From the NCBI GenBank assembly GCA_038889075.1, contig JAWAHS010000006.1, forward strand, positions 1-64,000: a stretch of 64,000 bases of DNA, read 5' to 3'. The notes under the pieces are model-generated. The model made no database searches and was not told where the DNA came from. It was given only the letters and a program-made list of their open reading frames with translations. This DNA is from Ignisphaera sp. (GTDB lineage: Archaea; Thermoproteota; Thermoprotei_A; Sulfolobales; Ignisphaeraceae). Below, piece after piece: positions 63,593-64,000 of the stretch. The translations under genes were made by a program, and so were the position numbers. How positions within the stretch are numbered: the first letter of the stretch is position 1; each line of letters opens with the position of its first letter.

Positions 63593-64000
63593 GTAATGGT
63601 ATCGGTACAGTATCTATAGAGCTGTATAGATTAAATGAATACAGCTTTCCTGAGGTATCTATATCCCTATACAGATTTTTTAAAAACTTAGAATTAGAAT
63701 ACGATAACGTAGATAGATTGGTAAACGATGAAGATCTCTACCTATCCTGGATCATGAGCATATGCTCTTCCGAGAATGCGGATCTCATTAAAGCTACATT
63801 TAGATTGAATGGTGTAACCCATACTGCAATGTATCCTATTACAAAATACAGATCCAGCTACGATTTCTACCTACCAGTACCGCAGCTTACAAGAATAAAG
63901 AGAATATACTTAGTCTACAACGATTTATCTATATTGAATAGAATTGTTCTGGGAGCCGGCATCCAAGATAGCAATATAGTATCGTACGACCTATCCAACG
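63589..64000 (+). CDS. partial hypothetical protein (runs off the window)
   Basis: ATGA overlap with the previous stop; frame open to the window end. Confidence 0.65.
   Translation, partial: MSNGIGTVSIELYRLNEYSFPEVSISLYRFFKNLELEYDNVDRLVNDEDLYLSWIMSICSSENADLIKATFRLNGVTHTAMYPITKYRSSYDFYLPVPQLTRIKRIYLVYNDLSILNRIVLGAGIQDSNIVSYDLSN

Overview
AT-rich crenarchaeal core-genome window. Gene content resembles Desulfurococcales (inferred, not proven). It holds about 55 mostly housekeeping CDSs: uppS, prs, rnz, ahcY, orc1/cdc6, hppA, gatCAB, carS, a porGDAB-type oxidoreductase, herA-mre11-rad50, XPB, aCPSF1, psmB, egsA, priL, PCNA, dph5, top6AB, dys, hisS, mtnA, GGGPS, tiaS, tsr3 and argF. There are 8 tRNAs (2 with introns), RNase P RNA and 4 candidate box C/D sRNAs. 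No CRISPR array, rRNA or intact transposase was seen. Main signals: (1) a probable replication origin at 57410-57721 with four ORB-like boxes around an AT-rich core, one box doubling as the last codons of tiaS, about 47 kb from cdc6; (2) C/D guides whose antisense elements fit tRNA-Leu and the wobble C of a CAU tRNA; (3) an unannotated double K-turn/pseudoknot element downstream of three unknown genes; (4) a YwgA/Panacea-like plus HD-dNTPase gene pair coupled to dph5; (5) an A in place of the normally invariant bulged U in RNase P helix P4. All calls are by eye, without database searches.
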